Below, one piece after another: positions 58,708-64,000 of a DNA stretch of 64,000 bases (the first letter of the stretch is position 1; each line of letters starts with the position of its first letter). The position numbers and the translations under genes were made by a program. The notes beneath the pieces are model-generated. The model saw only the letters and a list, made by a program, of their open reading frames with translations. It was not told where the DNA came from and searched no databases. Source of the stretch: Syntrophales bacterium. Its GTDB lineage: Bacteria; Desulfobacterota; Syntrophia; Syntrophales; UBA2210. The DNA is taken from assembly GCA_963662405.2 (NCBI GenBank), contig CAXXKT010000001.1:992001-1056000 (forward strand). The letters are read 5' to 3'.

Positions 58708-60114
58708 TTACGATCCCGGCTGCCGGGTACCGGAAGGTCCGATCACCCTGACGGAACACAGCCGATCCAGATACGATCCCTTTTTCGATCCCGCACCCAA
58801 TGACAGGTCCGTCACCGCCACGCGGTTGATCACACGGACCCGGTCACGCCACCAGGTTGGTTCCCGGTAACCCCAGGTACAGTGTATAACATAGGGGGCA
58901 TCGTGAACCACCCCGAGGAACAACATGATATGCCCCCGCAGATAGAGGAGGGTGCACCCCCCGATCGCCTGTTTTGAGAGGGTTTCCAGCTTCCTTTCGG
59001 GTACGGTATCGTCCGGATACTCGCCGATCAGCCGCCCCACCCGGGACTGCTTGGAGGAATTCCGGGGGAGCGATATCCCGACCGTTGCGAGGACCTCCTG
59101 GACGAACCGTGAACAGTCCTGCTCGCCGTACATACCTCCCCATCCGTAGGGGGCGTTGAGCAGCTTGAATGCCTGACGGATCACGGTACCGGGGGTATAG
59201 GGAAGATAAGCCTGGTGGATATCGTTCATCCTGATGTACCCCGTCTCTTCGGAGAGCGTCCCGTCATCCGCCCGGAAGGGCAGCCGAACAGCGGCGATTC
59301 CATTCTCACTCCCTGCGAGGGGAAGTCGTGTCCCCATCCGGGCGTACCCATGATATCTCCGCATCCCGGCGTCCCGGAAGAGGGCTCCCTTTCCCCCCGT
59401 CACGACGGCAAAGGGCTCCGCATCGGTAAAACGTTGCATCTCCTCACGGGTGCAGAGGGCCACTGCCTCCACCGGGACCCAGCCGGCGTTGAGGCGGTCA
59501 ATGACATAATACCACGTGCCCTCCGGCGTGGTGTGCGCCACCGCCACGGGGGTGCCGATGTCGAGGGCGCTGTTCTGCAGTTCGTCAAAGTCCCGGTCGT
59601 GTTTCTTCGCGTAGAGAGGTTCCGCGGTGGGGAAGACACGCTGGTGCGTGTAGCGGACGATAAGACCGTACCGCACATCGACCGCGGACGGAACGCCCTC
59701 CAGATTCATATACGGTATCATCGAAGCGTAAAAACCGGACGTAACGGTATCCCCGTTTGCATGGTAGAGACACCGCCCGGCATAATAATCGAGCATTTTA
59801 TTTATCTTCTCCAGCACTTCCTCTCCCGGGAAGGGGGACGCGAGACGGGTGATATCGCGGGTCAGCTCGAGCTCGTCCCCTATGTGCCGGTTCAGATCGG
59901 CAATCCCCTGCCGGTCGAGGATGACCCGGTCCGGAAAGGGGTGGTGCGCAATCCAGAAACCGGCGGTTTTCATCGGGGGGTCAACCCCCGGGAGGAGGGT
60001 CGGGGCGGCATAGTACCGTTGTTCCTTCACCGCGCATCCGCACAGAAAAGCGGCGGTCAGGAAACACAGGAGGGGCAGAAGAATAGTCAGGCGACGGGTA
60101 CGGGTCAGGTGCAT
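58708..60114 (-). CDS. SH3 + NlpC/P60 peptidoglycan endopeptidase lipoprotein
   Basis: Lipobox LCGC; PYGWGG, DCSRF, LPRNS, GHIMLFLG. Confidence 0.88.
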   Translation of the reverse strand: MHLTRTRRLTILLPLLCFLTAAFLCGCAVKEQRYYAAPTLLPGVDPPMKTAGFWIAHHPFPDRVILDRQGIADLNRHIGDELELTRDITRLASPFPGEEVLEKINKMLDYYAGRCLYHANGDTVTSGFYASMIPYMNLEGVPSAVDVRYGLIVRYTHQRVFPTAEPLYAKKHDRDFDELQNSALDIGTPVAVAHTTPEGTWYYVIDRLNAGWVPVEAVALCTREEMQRFTDAEPFAVVTGGKGALFRDAGMRRYHGYARMGTRLPLAGSENGIAAVRLPFRADDGTLSEETGYIRMNDIHQAYLPYTPGTVIRQAFKLLNAPYGWGGMYGEQDCSRFVQEVLATVGISLPRNSSKQSRVGRLIGEYPDDTVPERKLETLSKQAIGGCTLLYLRGHIMLFLGVVHDAPYVIHCTWGYREPTWWRDRVRVINRVAVTDLSLGAGSKKGSYLDRLCSVRVIGPSGTRQPGS

Positions 60115-60166
60115 GGAAGGTCCTCTTTTCCGGTAATACAGATTGCGTGTTACATCCTCGCCGGGA

Positions 60167-62056
60167 TCATCGTTTGCTCTTGACAGGGCCGCGGCAAGCG
60201 TGGTCCTCGACTGAGCGGTCCGCGGGAGGATGAAAATGATCGAATATCTTTTGTGCGGCATTTTCTCCTATTCCCGGTACTTTTTCAAGCTCTTCCCGTG
60301 AGGCTTCCGCGATTTTCCCGATATCCCCGAAAGAGATGAGGAGCGCCTTCTTCCGGGTCGCCCCGATCCCGGGAATCGTGTCCAGGACGGAGCTGAAATC
60401 CTCACGCGTCTTGACCGTACGATGGTAGGTGACCGCGAAACGGTGGGCCTCATCCCGTATCCGCTGCAACAGAAAGAGTGATTGCGGCTGTTTCTCGAGA
60501 TAGAGGGGATTTTTCCGGTTCGGCAGGTAGACACGGTCCCGATCCCGGCGCACCGTTGAGGGCGTCCCGGGAGAAACGATGCGGGCCTCTTTCGCCAGGC
60601 CGATGACGGCCACCCCGTGGATTTCCCGGTCGCGGAGGACGGAGAGGGCGATTCCCATCTGTCCCTTCCCGCCGTCGACGACGATCAGGTCGGGGAGATC
60701 ATCTCCCCCCGCGTAGCGCCGTTCCAGGACCTCGCGCATCATCCCGAAATCGTCGGCCTCATCTTTCGTGCGAATCCTGAAGCGTCGGTAGCGTGACCGG
60801 TCCGGGACCCCGTCGGAGAAGGCAACCATGGAGCCGACGGCGTATTTCCCGCCGATGTTGGATATGTCGAAGCACTCGATGCGCCGGGGCGGCCGTTCCA
60901 GTATGAGAACCCGCGCGAGGCCTTCGATGACCTCCCCGGCGTCCGTTTCCCGTTTTTCTTCTGCCCTGAGGGCGTTTTCGGCGTTGGAAATCGCCAGGGC
61001 GAGGAGGGCCTTTTTCTCCCCCCGCCGGGGGATGATGAGCGAGACCTTCCCTCCCCTCGTTTCGGCGAGCCACTGCTCGATGAGTTCCCCGTCTTCCACC
61101 GCCTCGGAGATGATGACCTCTCCGGGGACGGTAACACCCGTACTGTAATACTGCTTGAGGAGTGAAGAGAAGGCCTCGGCGGTCTCCAGCCGTGTCTTTA
61201 CCGGGGGGAACCGCCGCTGTCCGAGGATGGCCCCCTTCCTGACATGGATGGCGTAGATCTGGAGGAGGTTGCCTTCCCGGTACAGGCCGAAGATGTCCCG
61301 GTCCCGGAGGGATGCCGACACGATCCGCTGTTTTTCCAGTGTGGTCTCGATCGCGGCGATTTTGTCCCGCAGCCGGGCGGCATCCTCGAAGTGCATCTGT
61401 TCCGAGGCCTGTCCCATCCGGGTACGGAGTTGCCGGACGAGCCGCCCGCTCCGCCCCTCGAGAAAGAGGGTCGCCTCGGAGACGATCCGGCGGTATTCCT
61501 CGCGGGTCACGAGGTCGCAGCAGGGGGCGAGGCAGCGGTTGATCTGGTACTCCATGCAGGGGCGGGTTCGCGTCTTGAACTCGAGGTCCCGGCAGGTGCG
61601 CAGGGGGAAGATGCGGTGGAGGTAGCGGAAGGTCTCCTTCATGGAGGCGCTGGAGGAATAGGGGCCGAAATAGCGCGCGCCGTCCTTCCTGATACGGCGG
61701 ACCAACTGGAACCGGGGGAAATCATGGGTCATGTCGAGCCGCAGACAGTAGAAGTTCTTGTCGTCTCGGAGGTCGACGTTGTACCGGGGGCGGTGTTTCT
61801 TGATCAGGTTGTTTTCGAGGATCAGGGCTTCCTTTTCCGTCTGGGTGACGACGAATTCCAGGTCCGCGATGCGGGGGACCAGAAAGGGGATCATCCGCCT
61901 CCCGTCGGTGCCGCCGAAATAGGAGCGGACGCGGGAACGGAGGTCCTTTGCCTTGCCGACGTAGATGACCTTTCCCTCCGCGTCTTTCATGAGATAGACC
62001 CCCGGCCGCCGCGGCGCGGTGCCTATCGTTTCTTTCAGCGCGGCTCTGTCTCCCAT
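60167..62056 (-). CDS. uvrC: Excinuclease ABC subunit C
   Basis: PGVYLM..IYVGKAKDL (GIY-YIG), RIECFDISN, DGGKGQ, RDEAHRFA, HhH. Confidence 0.97.
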   Translation of the reverse strand: MGDRAALKETIGTAPRRPGVYLMKDAEGKVIYVGKAKDLRSRVRSYFGGTDGRRMIPFLVPRIADLEFVVTQTEKEALILENNLIKKHRPRYNVDLRDDKNFYCLRLDMTHDFPRFQLVRRIRKDGARYFGPYSSSASMKETFRYLHRIFPLRTCRDLEFKTRTRPCMEYQINRCLAPCCDLVTREEYRRIVSEATLFLEGRSGRLVRQLRTRMGQASEQMHFEDAARLRDKIAAIETTLEKQRIVSASLRDRDIFGLYREGNLLQIYAIHVRKGAILGQRRFPPVKTRLETAEAFSSLLKQYYSTGVTVPGEVIISEAVEDGELIEQWLAETRGGKVSLIIPRRGEKKALLALAISNAENALRAEEKRETDAGEVIEGLARVLILERPPRRIECFDISNIGGKYAVGSMVAFSDGVPDRSRYRRFRIRTKDEADDFGMMREVLERRYAGGDDLPDLIVVDGGKGQMGIALSVLRDREIHGVAVIGLAKEARIVSPGTPSTVRRDRDRVYLPNRKNPLYLEKQPQSLFLLQRIRDEAHRFAVTYHRTVKTREDFSSVLDTIPGIGATRKKALLISFGDIGKIAEASREELEKVPGIGENAAQKIFDHFHPPADRSVEDHACRGPVKSKR

Positions 62057-62074
62057 TGCGTGTCCCGCTCTTCT

Positions 62075-64000
62075 CTATTTCAGGTATCCGAGTTCCGTCT
62101 CCGCCCGTGACAGCTCCTTGATCTCGTCGCGGAGTTTCGCCGCCCGCTCGAATTCGAGGGCCTTCGCCGCCGCCTTCATCTCCTGTTCCAGCTTTCCGAT
62201 CATGGCGGGGATGTCGCCGGATATGTAGGCCTCCATCTTATCCTCGACGCTGACCGTGACATAGTCCGCCTCGTAGATGGAGCTGAGGATGTCGTTCATC
62301 TCCTTCCGGACGGATTCCGGGGTGATATGGTGCTCCTCGTTGAAGGCCTGCTGTATCTTTCTCCTCCGGCGGGTCTCGTCCAGACAGGCCCGGATGGCGG
62401 GGGTGATCTTGTCCGCGTACATGATGACCTGACCCTTGATGTTGCGCGCCGTCCGTCCACTCGTCTGTATCAGCGATCGTTCCGAGCGGAGGAACCCTTG
62501 CTTGTCCGCGTCGAGGATGGCGACCAGTGAGACCTCCGGGATGTCGAGTCCTTCCCTGAGGAGGTTGATCCCGATCAGGGCGTCGTACTGTCCCAGCCGG
62601 AGGTCCCGGATGATCGCAATCCGCTCGAGGGTATTGATGTCGGAGTGGAGATACGCCACCTTCATCCCGAGGTCGTGGTAGTGCTCCGTCAGGTTTTCCG
62701 CCATCCGCTTGGTCAGGGTGGTGACCAGGACCCGGTCCCCCTGTTCGGTCCGTTTCGTGATCTCGCCGAAGAGGTCGTCAACCTGTCCGGCGACCGGCCT
62801 GACTATGATCTCGGGGTCCATCAGACCGGTGGGGCGAATGACCTGCTCCACGACCACGTTTCCCGCCTGCTGCAGCTCATACGCCGCCGGTGTGGCCGAT
62901 ATGTACAATCGCTGGTTGGAGAAGGCCTCGAATTCCCCGAAGGTGAGCGGGCGGTTGTCGAGGGCGGAGGGGAGTCGGAAGCCGTATTCGACGAGGGTTG
63001 TCTTGCGAGAGCGGTCCCCTCTGTACATGGCGTTAATCTGGGGAACGGTGGCGTGACTCTCGTCGAGGATCACGAGGGCGTCCGCCGGGAGGTATTCCAT
63101 CAGGGTGGGGGGTGGGTCTCCCGGTCTGCGTCCGGTCAGGTACCGGGAATAGTTCTCGATCCCCTGGCAGTACCCCATCTCCTCCATCATCTCGATGTCG
63201 AAGAGGGTCCGCTGCTGGAGGCGTTGCGCCTCCAGCAGCTTGTTCTGTTCCTTCAGAAAGGTCAGGCGCTCGGCCAGCTCGTCGCGGATCCCCTCGATGG
63301 CCTGTTTCATGGTGTCACGTGTCGCTACGTAGTGGCTCCCGGGGAAGATGGTGGTCCGGGCGAGGGTGGATATCTTGACCCCCCTGAGCGGATCGACAAC
63401 AGAGATGGCTTCCACGGTGTCCCCGAAAAATTCCACCCGCACGGCCCGCTCCTCTTCGTAGGCGGGGAAGATTTCAACCACATCCCCCCGGACGCGGAAC
63501 GTCCCGCGGTGAAAGTCGATGTCGTTGCGCTCGTACTGGATCTCGACCAGCCGCCTGAGGAGCTCTTCCCGCCCGATCTCCCTGTCCGTTTCGAGGCCGA
63601 TCTGCATGGCGGCGTACCGGTCGGGAGAGCCGATACCGTAGATACAGGAGACGCTGGCCACGACGATGACGTCCCGTCGCTCCAGGAGGGAACGGGTGGC
63701 CGAATGGCGGAGCTTGTCGATCCGATCGTTGATGGAGGAATCCTTCTCGATGTAGGTATCGGTGCTCGGGATGTATGCCTCGGGTTGATAGTAATCGTAG
63801 TAACTGACGAAATACTCCACGGCATTGTTCGGGAAGAAGACCTTGAACTCGTTATAGAGCTGGGCCGCCAAGGTCTTGTTGTGTGCGATGACGAGGGCGG
63901 GACGCTGGGACTGCTCGATCACGTTGGCGACGGTGAAGGTCTTCCCCGAGCCGGTGACCCCCAAGAGGACCTGGTGCCGGTCCCCCCGCTCGACCCCCTC
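62075..64000 (-). CDS. uvrB: Excinuclease ABC subunit B (5' end beyond window)
   Basis: [35 protein letters not shown]-terminal UVR domain. Confidence 0.97.
   Translation of the reverse strand, partial: EGVERGDRHQVLLGVTGSGKTFTVANVIEQSQRPALVIAHNKTLAAQLYNEFKVFFPNNAVEYFVSYYDYYQPEAYIPSTDTYIEKDSSINDRIDKLRHSATRSLLERRDVIVVASVSCIYGIGSPDRYAAMQIGLETDREIGREELLRRLVEIQYERNDIDFHRGTFRVRGDVVEIFPAYEEERAVRVEFFGDTVEAISVVDPLRGVKISTLARTTIFPGSHYVATRDTMKQAIEGIRDELAERLTFLKEQNKLLEAQRLQQRTLFDIEMMEEMGYCQGIENYSRYLTGRRPGDPPPTLMEYLPADALVILDESHATVPQINAMYRGDRSRKTTLVEYGFRLPSALDNRPLTFGEFEAFSNQRLYISATPAAYELQQAGNVVVEQVIRPTGLMDPEIIVRPVAGQVDDLFGEITKRTEQGDRVLVTTLTKRMAENLTEHYHDLGMKVAYLHSDINTLERIAIIRDLRLGQYDALIGINLLREGLDIPEVSLVAILDADKQGFLRSERSLIQTSGRTARNIKGQVIMYADKITPAIRACLDETRRRRKIQQAFNEEHHITPESVRKEMNDILSSIYEADYVTVSVEDKMEAYISGDIPAMIGKLEQEMKAAAKALEFERAAKLRDEIKELSRAETELGYLK

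Overview
Origin-proximal chromosomal segment of a Gram-negative anaerobe, most likely Desulfobacterota (Syntrophales-like, inferred from gene content). It runs from inside dnaA to inside uvrB. Core content: a rearranged rsmG-parA-parB-dnaA unit with DnaA-box-like sites, a perfect parS embedded in a gene about 8 kb away, rho-rpmE-prfA, selA-rluD-pgeF, def and uvrBC. A selenium/metal region holds selA, a PLP desulfurase/lyase-yedF-DUF3343 operon and an ArsR operon. That operon contains a HesB/IscA-like selenoprotein with an in-frame UGA and SECIS-like hairpin, which the ORF track truncates, followed by an HMA-fused permease. The accessory region from about 30 to 58 kb contains gene remnants, an internally deleted IS4 with intact ends, a solo atypical dynamin-like protein, a J-domain/FlhG-MinD fusion and a five-gene Lol-like export module with its own beta-barrel. 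It also has an integrase-less glpSTPQUV glycerol ABC islet bracketed by a duplicated 3' end of the neighbouring aminotransferase gene. No rRNA, complete tRNA or CRISPR array was seen. Assignments come from motif recognition by eye; no database searches were run.
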